Shown one piece after another: positions 12,301 through 24,074 of a stretch of 64,000 bases of DNA; the first letter of the stretch is position 1; each line of letters opens with the position of its first letter. The stretch spans positions 59,049,002 through 59,113,001 of the forward strand of contig NC_068984.1 in assembly GCF_001194135.2 (NCBI RefSeq), given 5' to 3'. Origin of the DNA: Octopus bimaculoides (taxonomy: Eukaryota). A program made the translations under genes and the position numbers. The notes beneath the pieces were generated by a model that saw only the letters and a list, made by a program, of their open reading frames with translations, had not been told where the DNA came from and searched no databases.

Positions 12301-12805
12301 AGGAAGACCAAGTCCTCAGTGGGTTGTAAAACAAGCTAATTGTTGCATAGTGTAAATTAGTAATATGAATATATATATATTTATACACATGTACACAATA
12401 TCACCTGTTGTCCATAGATACACTAAGTCTGAAAAATATCACAGAATGTTCAGAGCTGGAGCACCTTTGATCAAATACAAAAGTTGGGAGAATAGTGTTA
12501 CTTTGTTTTATTAACCTTGAAGGAATAAATAGCAAAAGTCAGTGCTATGAGATAACTCATTATCTAGAGTAGTAAAACTATTTCATATTAGGTAGTTAAA
12601 TAGTATGCATAATACTGCCTTAGCCAATAATGCTGTGAAAAGAAACTGAGATAGAAAACCCCAAAACTTTTAGTTATAACACTTTTCTACAGCCCACCTC
12701 ATAAGTTAACTGTGTATCACACATGCACTTTGAAAGGCTACATGCATAATGGGAAGACTTATTCAAAGTATAGTGTGTATGTGTGTGCATGCATGCTTGT
12801 GTCAC

Positions 12806-13075
12806 CATCATCATCATTTAAAGTCCACTTTCCATGCTGGCATGGGTTGGATGGTTTGACTGAAGACTGGTAAGTCAGGGTGCTACACCAGGTTCCAAAC
12901 TGATTTTGCAAGGTTTCTGTGGCTGGATGCCCTTCCTAATGCCAACCACTCTAAGAGTGTAGTGGGTGTTTTTTTATGTGCCACCGGCATAGGTGCCATT
13001 GCCCTGACACTGGCATCAGCCACATAACAGTCTCACTTGGCTTGAAAGGTCTACACAAGCGCAGTATATCGCCAA
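12806..13075 (-). mobile_element. RTE 3' UTR/tail fragment
   Basis: (CAT)n..CCATGCTGGCATGGGTTGGATGG..GGATGCCCTTCCTAATGCCAACCAC. Confidence 0.85.
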
Positions 13076-13109
13076 ATTTTCATACAAGGCCAGCAATCTT
13101 GGGTGAGTG

Positions 13110-13270
13110 GGGCTCAATTACATGTAGCCCAGTGATCAACTGGTTTTTATTTCATAAACCCTGAAAAGATGAAAGGCAAAACCAACTTTGGCAGAATTTG
13201 AACTCAGAACATAAAGACGGCTGAAATGCCGCTAAGCATTTTGCCCAGCTTACTAATGACTCTGCCAGCT
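13110..13270 (-). mobile_element. tRNA-headed SINE, family A
   Basis: Reverse complement of the head of 22968-23196 (GAATTTGAACTCAGAAC, GCTAAGCATTT). Confidence 0.8.
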
Positions 13271-13886
13271 GCATTATATGTGTGTATTAATAACATTAAA
13301 TTATTTGGAAGACTGTTTTCTCAGCAGAGAATTGGGAATAAAATCATGAAATTATTATTGTTATTAGCAGAATTGTTAGTAAATTGGACAAAATGAATAG
13401 TATTTCTTCTGGTTGTTTATGTTCTGAATTCAAATAATGCCAAGGTTAACTTTGCCTTTCATCTTTTTAGGGTTAATAAAGTACCAGCCAAGTAGTGAGG
13501 TTGATGTAATCAATGTACCTCACACCCCTCAAAATAGCTGACCTTGCCCCAAGAATTATTATTATATGATTTCTGTGGTAAAAAAATTTTCATCACAGTT
13601 ATTTGGTGATGGGTTGAATCTCTGAGTGTGATACCTTTAGTTTGTGTCTTCTCTCATAATCTTAAGCTGATTAAAGAAAGCTTGTAAGTGAAATTTGGGG
13701 AGGAGAAACTATTCAGGGGTCCATTTTTTACACANNNNNNNNNNNNNNNNNNNNNNNNNNNNNNNNNNNNNNNNNNNNNNNNNNNNNNNNNNNNNNNNNN
13801 NNNNNNNNNNNNNNNNNNNNNNNNNNNNNNNNNNCCCAAAAGGATGGGTGATTAAAATCAAATAATAAGCAACACGGATTTCACGG

Positions 13887-13923
<37 letters not shown>

Positions 13924-14237
13924 TTGCTTTTCTTCAAGGCACTCTTACCCTTTTAGTGTTTCTTCAGCTTACCAACTGCTATTGACATACACGCTATAAC
14001 ATGCACCTGTTGGTACACAACTAGTGTATCTAGAAAAATTGAAAATATGCCACACTTAACGCAATATATATCACAAAACACATCACATGAACAACAAAAC
14101 ATGCAAGAACAGTAAAATCCAAAAAAGAGAATAATTAGGAATGTCATGAAAAGAGAACTGAGGCATTTCAAAAAGAGACTTTCTTTTAATGTTTCAGTTA
14201 AGCAATTCTGCTATATTATATTATATTATATTCTGTA

Positions 14238-14870
14238 AACCTCCTCAAGAAATGTAAAGACGCAGGCTGGAAAGCGGAGCATTTTCCAATCGAAGTTGGA
14301 TGTAGAGGGTTTGTAGGACACAGTGTGAGACGACTGCTATTATCGTTAGGCCTTACTCATCGTAAGGTAAATACCACCATGAGTGATATCCAAACTACAG
14401 TGGAGAAGGCTAGCCACTGGATTTGGTTAAAAAGAGACGATGAGCAATGGCTAGAGAAATATTGAGCTTTGTTTTTAATAACCAGTTGATCTAGCAAGCA
14501 GGGCCTCATATCAGTGAGGGGGGCCGGTGCGCATTGATGTTGTCGAGAGGTAGGCTCCGAAATGGCGTGCATTCTCTCCTGATGTCTCCATATACTTGCT
14601 GGCTTCCGGTATGCGGAGTTCTTGACTGGTAGCACTTGCATGTGCAAGTTGTTTGCAAGACATCTAGGCAAGGCCCGACGACTAATATTCAAGCAAAATC
14701 CTTCTGCCACTGTTTTTAGTAAAAAGCTGTAAGAACCATCCCCTTGTATTTTGGACAAAGCCTTTCTAATGTTTCGACTTGTTACAGAACTGGTTTTGGT
14801 TCATGTAGTGATTCTAGTTCCCTTGGATCCTAATGTTTCGCCTTGTTGTTCACATGTACAAATAAGAATG
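14238..14870 (+). mobile_element. Young HERO-like RLE LINE 3' fragment (open 75-codon C-terminus 14238-14465 + 3' UTR)
   Basis: NLLKKCKDAGWKAEHFPIEVGCRGFVGHSVRRLLLSLGLTHRKVNTTMSDIQTTVEKASHWIWLKRDDEQWLEKY*, matching the PIEVGCRGF..ASxWIWLKR signature. CpG-rich. Starts beside (TATTA)n. 3' boundary approximate. Confidence 0.85.
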
Positions 14871-15316
14871 ACAATCCATTTACACACACACACACACACA
14901 TAGAGTTACATATCTACACATGTACACACACATTACAAGATGCATGTTCATAGAAATCAGAGTAGCTTGTAAGTTTTTGACACAAGGTCTAAGTAAATGC
15001 AAAACCACAAAAGTCCAAAAGTAATTTCAAGATTTTACATTTAACCCGAGTTTCATGGTATTAACCAGGTGAGAGATAAATCTCTCACTACCCTCTTCCA
15101 AGGTAGAGCACTAATCTCTTAGGTAACATTCTCATTCATTCTGGTATGCTGACTACTATGCAAAGTAAGCTAATGAAGAATAAAATTCTCTGCTCTGAAA
15201 GTAACAAAGCATATGTAACTAACTTGAACTCAAAAACTTATTTGCCTGTTGTCCCATACAATATTCATTCATTCATCTCAGTACTATGATGTGAGTGATG
15301 TACGGGGGTGGGCGTG

Positions 15317-15355
<39 letters not shown>

Positions 15356-15930
15356 NNNNNNNNNNNNNNNNNNNNNNNNNNNNNNNNNNNNNNNNNNNNN
15401 NNNNNNNNNNNNNNNNNNNNNNNNNNNNNNNNNNNNNNNNNNNNNNNNNNNNNNNNNNNNNNNNNNNNNNNNNNNNNNNNNNNNNNNNNNNNNNNNNNNN
15501 NNNNNNNNNNNNNNNNNNNNNNNNNNNNNNNNNNNNNNNNNNNNNNNNNNNNNNNNNNNNNNNNNNNNNNNNNNNNNNNNNNNNNNNNNNNNNNNNNNNN
15601 NNNNNNNNNNNNNNNNNNNNNNNNNNNNNNNNNNNNNNNNNNNNNNNNNNNNNNNNNNNNNNNNNNNNNNNNNNNNNNNNNNNNNNNNNNNNNNNNNNNN
15701 NNNNNNNNNNNNNNNNNNNNNNNNNNNNNNNNNNNNNNNNNNNNNNNNNNNNNNNNNNNNNNNNNNNNNNNNNNNNNNNNNNNNNNNNNNNNNNNNNNNN
15801 NNNNNNNNNNNNNNNNNNTTTGTTTCATTGAATTGATATTTGCTGCCAAAAATTTAAGGTTTAGGAAAACAGAAAAACATTATTCACACACATACTATGT
15901 GATTCAGTTCAGTATATTGAGAAACTGAAT

Positions 15931-16022
<92 letters not shown>

Positions 16023-16025
16023 CTG

Positions 16026-16200
16026 TCATCATTTTACATCTGCTTTACCTACTGGCATGGGTTTAGATGGTGCTACAATACCTTGATTTTGACATGGTTT
16101 CTGCACCTGGATGTCCTTTCTAACACCAACCAATTTACAGTTGGATGCATTTTATCATAGCACCAGCACTGTAGAAAATGTCTTACTCACACCAAGATTA
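16026..16200 (-). mobile_element. Degenerate RTE tail/3' UTR fragment
   Basis: CATCATTTTACATCTG..GGCATGGGTTTAGATGG..GGATGTCCTTTCTAACACCAACC. Confidence 0.65.
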
Positions 16201-16893
16201 AAGAGTTCTTTTGAACTTGTGTTGTCACAGCTTAATTTACCAACCACTTTGCTGCATATACTAGACGCTTGTTTTTTCCACCCCTTTTTTTCATTGTACT
16301 ATCAACACTTATGAGGTCCCCATGCAGCTTGCAAGACTACAAAGTCTGAGGGGTGGGGTCATCTTTATACAAGGGGATGAGAAGTTAAAGTATAAGAAAA
16401 AGAGGCAGAGTGGGATTTTGCTCTTTAGGAGTTACATGGCTACTCACATTTAGAAGCTGGGGTGAACATGATGAGGTGGAGCTGCAAAGATAAATAATAA
16501 TAATGAGGTGTCCGGGTGGCCCTTCAAGATATGAAGTGAGTGGGAACAGAAGAACTGGAAGTGTGGGTTAGCAGGGGTTTGCAAGAGTATATGAATGAGT
16601 GAGAGATGAACTGTCATGGAGGGACAAGAAGTAAGCAACAATAGTAAAGATTGGGTAGGATTAAAGAGTGGATGTAGAGAATAGTGGATAAGGGTGGGGA
16701 ATGACTAATGATATTTGAGTTGGGGGAGGTAGGAAGATGACTGGTGATACATGAAGCAGGCTGGCTAGAGCCAGAGGAGAAGAGCATTAACATAGTAATG
16801 ATGATACAGTCATTACTATGTTGGGTAGATAGAGATGCAGATATAGTACATGAGGAGAAATTATTTTTACACACACACACACACACACACACA

Positions 16894-16959
<66 letters not shown>

Positions 16960-17502
16960 TACATATATGTATATATGTGTATATCTATATGTGTGTGTGT
17001 GAACACTATTTGCCATCAAATGCTTGTAAAATGGGAAGGTTAATGGTGTATGCAAATAGCATCAATTTTAAGGAATGGTATATAATTTTTTTTTAACTTG
17101 TGTAATGTAATCTAGCATAAAATGACCATAACCAGATTTTCATGTTTCCAGAAAACTAGTGTCAAGTGAATCAATTCACTTGAATATATTCAAGTTATTC
17201 CCACCATTTCAATGACTATCCAACCGTAGATGTAGATGTCAGTATTTATTTTCAATACTTTTTAATCAAGTAGTAAATGAATGTTACTATGCTCTTTTTA
17301 TTATCGATTACATTAACTTCTGATTGATTTCAGCAAATTTTTCTAATTTTGCATGGCCTTAATTGTTCTCCTTGAGTAATTGAAAACATGTAAAAGTCAT
17401 TATCTGGACAAATGAATCTGCCTAAGCTTGGATACTTAAGAGAATATTCAAGATGCTTAAGTTAGAAGCAACTGTTAGTTGTTTAAATATATATATACAT
17501 AC

Positions 17503-17534
<32 letters not shown>

Positions 17535-18545
17535 TGAAATAAGTAATTATTTAAGTATTGGGTACATTCCTAGTATTTAGCTGATGAAGCACATTCACTG
17601 CTTATGGCAACTTGATGTCATCCACGGTATTTACTCAATTGTCACTGGATCTACCTCTGGAATCTCTCAGTGTTCACTGAGTATATAACAAACGATAGCG
17701 ATGGAAAATGGAATATACAAGAAACTTTCTTTCTTTGTTATATATTAAAGTATCCCATTATCAGGTTTTAGATTTAATTTCTATCCTTTTTCTATATATT
17801 AATTCAAATTTTTCTCAATTTAATAAAATAATTTTTTTAAGTTATGAATTACTACTTCTCGTATCCCTTAATTCTAATTCTCACCCTTAAAGCTTATATT
17901 TCTTATCCATTTGTGTTTCATTATATTCCCCTTTATTGATAATCTAAATAAGTATTGGCTACCCCTATCCTTCCTTCTTCTAATTACTACCTCTTCCTCT
18001 TCAGTCATTCTCTTACTAGCAGCTCTGCAACATATCCTTTTATGTAGATAAAGCTAGATATATGGTTCCAGCACAATGAGGGTCTGGGATATTGTCTGAC
18101 ATTAATTGATTTATCACCATTAACTAGATAGAATACAGTTGACAACTCTCAATGGATTTAATTCTAAATGGTTGAAGACTACATGTGGCATAAAATCTTC
18201 TAAACATAAATAACTATGACACCACTCCTATATCTTGCCCCACACTGTTTTCCTCTGCTACTTTCTAAATTATAGCAGGCTTAGTATGATAAATATTATT
18301 TTTTTAAATCATTTTACCACAAGTATAACAAGAAAACAATGTAACTATTTTGGCTTCTATTATTGACGTAAATTTGTTAAAAATGGTTTATCGTTTGTGT
18401 TTGAAATCTATATGATCATCTGCGTCTGAAGAGAGCAGTTTCTTTCAAACTGATGTAATGTTTTAATTGATCAATTAACTGGAGCCATTTGAAACAGCCA
18501 TGATGTATTGATACCTGCACATCCTTATTTACTTATTTACATTCC

Positions 18546-18591
<46 letters not shown>

Positions 18592-18742
18592 NNNNNNNNN
18601 NNNNNNNNNNNNNNNNNNNNNNNNNNNNNNNNNNNNNNNNNNNNNNNNNNNNNNNNNNNNNNNNNNNNNNNNNNNNNNNNNNNNNNNNNNNNNNNNNNNN
18701 NNNNNNNNNNNNNNNNNNNNNNNNNNNNNNNNNNNNNNNNNN

Positions 18743-19022
18743 GGTCTCTTTTGCTGAACCGCTAAGTTACAGGGACGTAAACACTCCAGCATCGGTTGTC
18801 AAGTGATATTGGGGGGACAAACACAGACACACAAACACATACACACACATATATATATATACATATATACGACGGGCTTCTTTCAGTTTCCGTCTACCAA
18901 ATCCACTCACAAGGCTTTGGTTGGCCTGAGGCTATAGTAGAGGACACTTGCCCAAGATGCCACACAGTGGGACTGAACCCAGAACCATGTGGTTTGTAAG
19001 CAAGCTACTTACCACACAGCTA
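18743..19022 (-). mobile_element. SINE family B (3' part lost in gap)
   Basis: Near-identical to 49103-49505. Confidence 0.9.
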
Positions 19023-19039
19023 CTACTATATATATAGTC

Positions 19040-19270
19040 AATTCAAAATAACACAGGGAAAAAGAAAACAGCAAAAAAATGTTTGTACATGGCACAAGTA
19101 ATGTATTAATAAGTCACTCAGAGAATGAAAAGTGTAGAAGTTTTGCATTTTGAGCATAGCTCTTCAAAACAAGAAAGTCCAAGACAAAGGAGGTAAAAAT
19201 CTCCAACAATCATGTGCGGTTGCATTTTTGAAGTGACCAGAAGTAGGAATGAGGAGAAAATGCTTTCTGG
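19040..19270 (-). mobile_element. Penelope-type terminal repeat remnant with decayed hammerhead core (19140-19170)
   Basis: Minus GUUUU-GAA-GAGC UAU GCUC-AAAA-UGC-AAAAC. Same layout as the end of the PLE at 55910-56110. Abuts (TA)n. Confidence 0.5.
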
Positions 19271-20284
19271 AACAGGAGAGTGCGAAAATGCTCAGTGTGC
19301 GTGTGTGCGCACGTGTGTGGGTGGTAACATGTGTGGTGTGTTGTAGCATGTGTATGTATGGCAGCCTGTGTGTATGTGTGCGTGTGGTGGTAACTGTGTG
19401 TGTGTGTGTGGTAGCATGTGTGTGTGTGGTAGCATGTGTGTGTGTGTGTTTGTGTGCGTAGTCTGTATGTGTGTGGTAGGATCTGTGTGCACGTGTGTGT
19501 TAATGTTGCTCTGAGAAATCAGCAGCTATAGTGACAGGTGTGTGAATGGGTTGTTGCGACAGTGTATGTGTTTTTGTGTGTGTGTAAATGGAAGGGTTAA
19601 TAGTAGGTCTGAGGCAGTCAGAAGAGGGTGTGAGAATGAGTGGGTATAGCTGAGTGGATGGGTGTGGTTATGAGTGTGTGTTGGCATGTGTGCATAAAGG
19701 GAGTGGGAATGTGTGTGTGTGTGTGAGCACATGTGTGTGTGAGCACATGTGTATGGGTGCATGTGTATGTCTCTTTTTCACTGTATATATATGTGTGTGG
19801 AGGGAATGTATATGTGTCTATGTGCATGAGTGTGTGTGGAAGTGTATGTACATGTGTGTATATGTGTGCATGTGTGTGTGCAAGTATATGTGCATTCATG
19901 TGTGTGTGTATGTATATGTGTGCATAAGCACGTGTATGGGTATGTGTGTGTATGTGCATGTGTGTGTACACATGTGTATGGATGTGTGTATGTCACTATA
20001 TATGTGTGTACATGTGGGGTTGTGCATGTAAATGTATGTGGGAGTGTATGTACATGCATGTATATGTGTGCATGAATGTGTGCATTGTGTGTGTGGAGGT
20101 ATATGTGCATTCATACAGGTGTGTGTGTGCTCGTGTATGGGTGCATGTGTGTGTCTCTATGACACTCTATCGATCTGTCTGTCTGTCTCTCTCTCGCTGT
20201 ATATATATGTGTGTGTGTGTGTTTGTGTATGTAAATATGTGTGGGGCTGTGCATGTGAGTGTGTGTGGAAGTGTTTGCACATGC

Positions 20285-20315
<31 letters not shown>

Positions 20316-20500
20316 CATGCATGTGTGTGTGCATGCATGTGTGTGTGTGTGCTTGCGTGTGTGTGTGTGTGTGCAGGCATGTGTGTTTGCATGTGTGTGC
20401 ATGCATGAGATGGAGAGAGGGGTGAGAAAGAGTATGTGTGGGTTTGTTGGTGTAGCCAAGGGTTTGGGTATTATGTATGCGGGCATGTGTGTGTGTTGTA
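19270..20500. repeat. Degenerate (GT)-rich satellite with ~200-230 bp higher-order unit
   Basis: GTGTG(G/T)GGAAGTGT.TG(T/C)ACATG recurs near 19835, 20038, 20263. Confidence 0.85.
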
Positions 20501-20669
20501 TAGGAATATCAAAAAAATAAGAAATGACACCAATAAATCATGAAAAATAAAAATTAAAAAATTAAAAAATAAAATAATACAAATAATACATAATAAAATT
20601 AACAAATAAATAATGAAAAATAAAAATTAGTAATAATAAAAAAAGGAAAAGGATTAAGTGAATAAATCA

Positions 20670-20772
20670 GTAACAGAAACAAGTTCGGAAACAGAAAGAA
20701 GTTCGGTAACAGAAACAAGTTCGGTAACAGAAACAAGTCCGGTAACAGAAATAGGATCAGTAACAGAAATAA
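20670..20772. repeat. 18-bp minisatellite GTAACAGAAACAAGTTCG, about 5.5 copies, inside an A-rich tract (20510-20960)
   Basis: Direct reading. Confidence 0.9.
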
Positions 20773-21349
20773 ATAAAAATTATAAAAAATAAAAAATAAA
20801 AAAATTATTTCAAAATTATTTTTCAAATTATTGAAAAATTATAAATTATTAAAGGTATTAAAAAATTATTTCAAAAATTATTTAAAATAAAACAATAATA
20901 AAATATAAATGAATAAAAAATGAATAAAAAAAGGGGATAAAAACAGAATGAGTAAAAAGCTTTTTTAAAAATTGGTGTGTGGGGAAAGTTACTGAGATAT
21001 ATATAAATGAAAAATTCATTAAATACTACAAAACGTACACATAGGACAGACGCAAAAGGATCCTAACTTTTCATCAGTTACCGACCAAAATACTAATACT
21101 CAGTTTCATGCCTTTAATGATAAGACTGAGAACTTCGTATATCAGCAGCACCCACAAAATTTTTGGAGAATTAGGACTGAAGGGTAGATGTACGTCAGTA
21201 AACAAATGTAATTTGAAATGATAGACGAAAACAGAATACATAGAGCCTTTCAGCCAAACACATGTATGATGGGTAATACCTAGAAGAAATCCTGACGACA
21301 TTAAATGATGATCATGATATATAACATGTATATATAAATATTTTTTATT

Positions 21350-21548
21350 CTTTTACTTGCTTTAGTCATTTGACTGTGGCCATGCTGGAGCACTACCTTT
21401 CATTGAACAAATCAACCCCAGGACTTATTCTTTGTAAACCTAATACTTGGTCTATCAGTCCCTTTTGTTGAGGCACTAAGTTACATCGACATAAAAACAC
21501 CAAAATTGGTTGTCAAGCAATGGTGAGGGGACAAACACAGACACACAA

Positions 21549-21560
<12 letters not shown>
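21350..21560 (-). mobile_element. SINE family B, 3' half only
   Basis: TTTTACTTGCTTTAGTCATTTGACTG..GGACTTATTCTTTGTAA..GACAAACACAGACAC, ends at the (TA)n hinge. Confidence 0.8.
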
Positions 21561-21584
<24 letters not shown>

Positions 21585-21587
21585 CAT

Positions 21588-21728
21588 TCGCCATGATAGA
21601 TCGCTAACCACTACACATTCTTTATTTTCTCTCCTTGTTTCTTATGTGTTCCTTTCTGCAGAAGAGCGTAGGCTCAAAACATTAAAGACTTTTTCACTTC
21701 CCTAGTGTTATACTAATACATCTGTTTT
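21588..21728 (+). mobile_element. Penelope-type terminal fragment with decayed hammerhead core (21651-21689)
   Basis: Homologous to 55940-56110 (-). CCTTT-CTGCAGA-A-GAGC GTAG GCTC-AAAACATT-AAAGAC. Confidence 0.7.
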
Positions 21729-21985
21729 CATCATCATTTAACATCTGCTTTCTATGCTAGCATGAGTTGGACGGTTTGACTGGGGACTGGCAAATCAGAT
21801 GGCTACACCAGACTGATCTGGCAGCGTTTCTACAGCTGGATGCCCTTCCGAATGCCAACAACTCCGAGAGTGTAGTGGGTACTTTTTACGTGCCACCTGC
21901 ACAAGGGCCAGTCCGGTGGTACTGGCAATGGCCACACTCAAATGGTGTTTTTTTACTTGCCACCTGCACAGGAGTTAGTCCAATG
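21729..21985 (-). mobile_element. RTE 3' UTR/tail fragment
   Basis: Close match to the reverse complement of 46640-46915. Confidence 0.85.
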
Positions 21986-21989
21986 TTTT

Positions 21990-22675
21990 GTTCAGAGAGG
22001 TGGCAAGTTCCAACAAGGAAGCAGCTGAGAAATTTGTGACTGAATTTAGTGACTTGATAAAGGAAGATTATCTCCCCCAACAGGTGTTGAACAGAGATGA
22101 AACAGGATTACTTTGGAAAGGAATGCCAAATAGGACCTATATTACTAAGGAGGAAAGAGCGTTGCCAGGGCACAAGCCAATGAAAGATAGACTCACTCTT
22201 TTGCCATGCAGCAACGCAAGTGGTGATTTCAAGGTCAAGCCATTGCTTGTTTACCATTCCAATAATCTAAGGGTTTTCAAAAGAAACAATGTTATGAAGA
22301 GTAAATTGCCTGTTATGTTGCAGGCTAATACGAAGGCTTGACTAACCAGACAATTTTTTATTGAGTGGATTCATGAAGTTTTTGCACCAAGTATTAAAAA
22401 ATATCTGCAAAAAAGAGCTTGCCACTAAAATGCCTTCTCATGTTAGACAATGCTCCCGCTCACCCTCCAGGAGTATGACTCCAGTTGAAGAGTTTGATTT
22501 TATTCAGGTCAAATACCTGTCACCTAACACAACTCCTCTAATACAATCAATGGACCAATAGGTCATTGCATACTTTAAGAAACTTTACACAAAAGCCCTG
22601 TTTCAAAAGTGTTTTCAACGACACTCAGTTAATTCCTAGAGAATTTTGGAAAAATCATTTCAATATTTCTGACTA
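21990..22675 (+). mobile_element. Tigger/pogo DDE_1 transposase internal fragment (pseudogene)
   Basis: QQVLNRDETGLLWKGMPNRTYITKEE..KPMKDRLTLL..SGDFKVKPLLVYHS..MLDNAPAHP..PNTTPLIQSMDQ, with stops and frameshifts. Confidence 0.92.
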
Positions 22676-22967
22676 TAAATCTACATTGTAACCCTTTTGT
22701 GTGTCTGCCTGTCTGTGTGCCTGTGTACAAATATCCATTTATTTAGCTTTTACCATGTTGGCATGGGCTAGATAAAACTTTTAGTAGAGTTCATATTTTC
22801 TAGTCAGATGTTCTTCCCAACATCAACCCTTACCTGATTTCCAAATAAGGTATGTATCTCACCCACCCATCCTCATTCCACTAGACCTCAAATATCAAAA
22901 GCTAAAGGTATGGGACTTTTTGCTTAGTAGAAACTAGTAAACAAAGACGAGAAACTGGTAAACAAAG

Positions 22968-23196
22968 CGGCGAGCTGGCAGAATCGTAAGCACGCTGGGC
23001 GAAATGCTTAGCGGTATTTCGTCTGCCGCTACGTTCTGAGTTCAAATTCCATCGAGGTCGACTTTGCCTTTCATCCTTTCGGGGTCGATAAATTAAGTAC
23101 CAGTTACGCACTGGTGTCGATGTAATCGACTTAATCCCTTTGTCTGTCCTTGTTTGTCCTCTCTATGTTTAGATCCTTGTGGGCAATAAAGAAATA
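22968..23196 (+). mobile_element. Young tRNA-headed SINE, family A, with 18-bp TSD
   Basis: A box TGGCAGAATCG, B box GTTCAAATTCC, many CpGs kept. TSD AGAAACTGGTAAACAAAG at 22950-22967 and 23197-23214. Confidence 0.93.
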
Positions 23197-24074
23197 AGAA
23201 ACTGGTAAACAAAGACACTGTTTTTGCTCAGACTGTGTTGATTAGAGTATGTGGAATGGCTACCCAATGCAATAATCAATTAGCATTTTATCAGCTTATG
23301 GTGAAAAAACAAAAATATACACTTATCTTTTCAATCAGTTTTAACATATTGCCTTGTAGTATGTATGTTATTATAGTATAGCTGGTGGAAAAACGACAAC
23401 ATAACATTGCTATAATTTTTCTGTGACAAGACAATAAATCTTCTGTACAATTGTTATACTCTCTTAAGATCTTAAAACACACCCATTTGAATTAAGAAAT
23501 AATCTCTGTAGAAAATAAACACCATGGATACATTTCACAGAATATTTAAGAGTAATTCTGTCACCAATTGTTCATTCATGAATCTCTGAATAATTAACAA
23601 TATATATCCTTATACATGTTTCTGCATGTGTGTGTGTGTGTGTTTGCACGCGTGAAGCATTTGATTTTGTTGCTTTAATTGGCTGCAATGAAATTTGTTC
23701 ATTAGAATGAATTCGTTAGATGAAAATTTTGTTTTAACAAAAACAGAATTGTCTAATTTCCATGGTTGTCATATTCATCAGCAGCAGAAGCATAGGCTGC
23801 CTCATTAATACCCTTAACTATCTTATAGCTTTAAGCTGAATTAAAATCGTGTTTTAAGAGAATTTCATAAAATGTGAACCTGTAATGTCTGTAAGAATTA
23901 AATTCAGTTAAATTGCCACTCATTCACAATTCCCCATGAATTGCTCCTATTTAAACATTATTTACAACTGAAATAGATGTTGATGTAATTCAAAGACAGT
24001 TGAATCTATGGTGAAAAGCTGAGGCATTAAAGTTATTGTTGCTTTTTTTTTTAGTTTGTTTTCATTCTTTTATT

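Noticed and set aside
14535-14590. CCGAAA..CTGATG in the HERO 3' UTR as a type II hammerhead
   Set aside because: The core reads CUGAUGU and there is no room for stem I. Kept only as a possible structured UTR.
14357-14758. 133-aa minus-strand ORF
   Set aside because: Antisense shadow of the HERO-like element, whose real frame is on +.
18420-18460. CTGAAGAGAG..CTTTCAAAC
   Set aside because: Too decayed, no clear stems or repeat context.
19249-20520. Many 60-160 aa His/Thr- or Cys/Val-rich ORFs
   Set aside because: They are translations of the GT-rich satellite, open in several frames on both strands.
2627-20772. CRISPR-like arrays (47-, 35- and 18-bp repeats)
   Set aside because: Contiguous tandem units without unique spacers, no cas genes, eukaryotic context.
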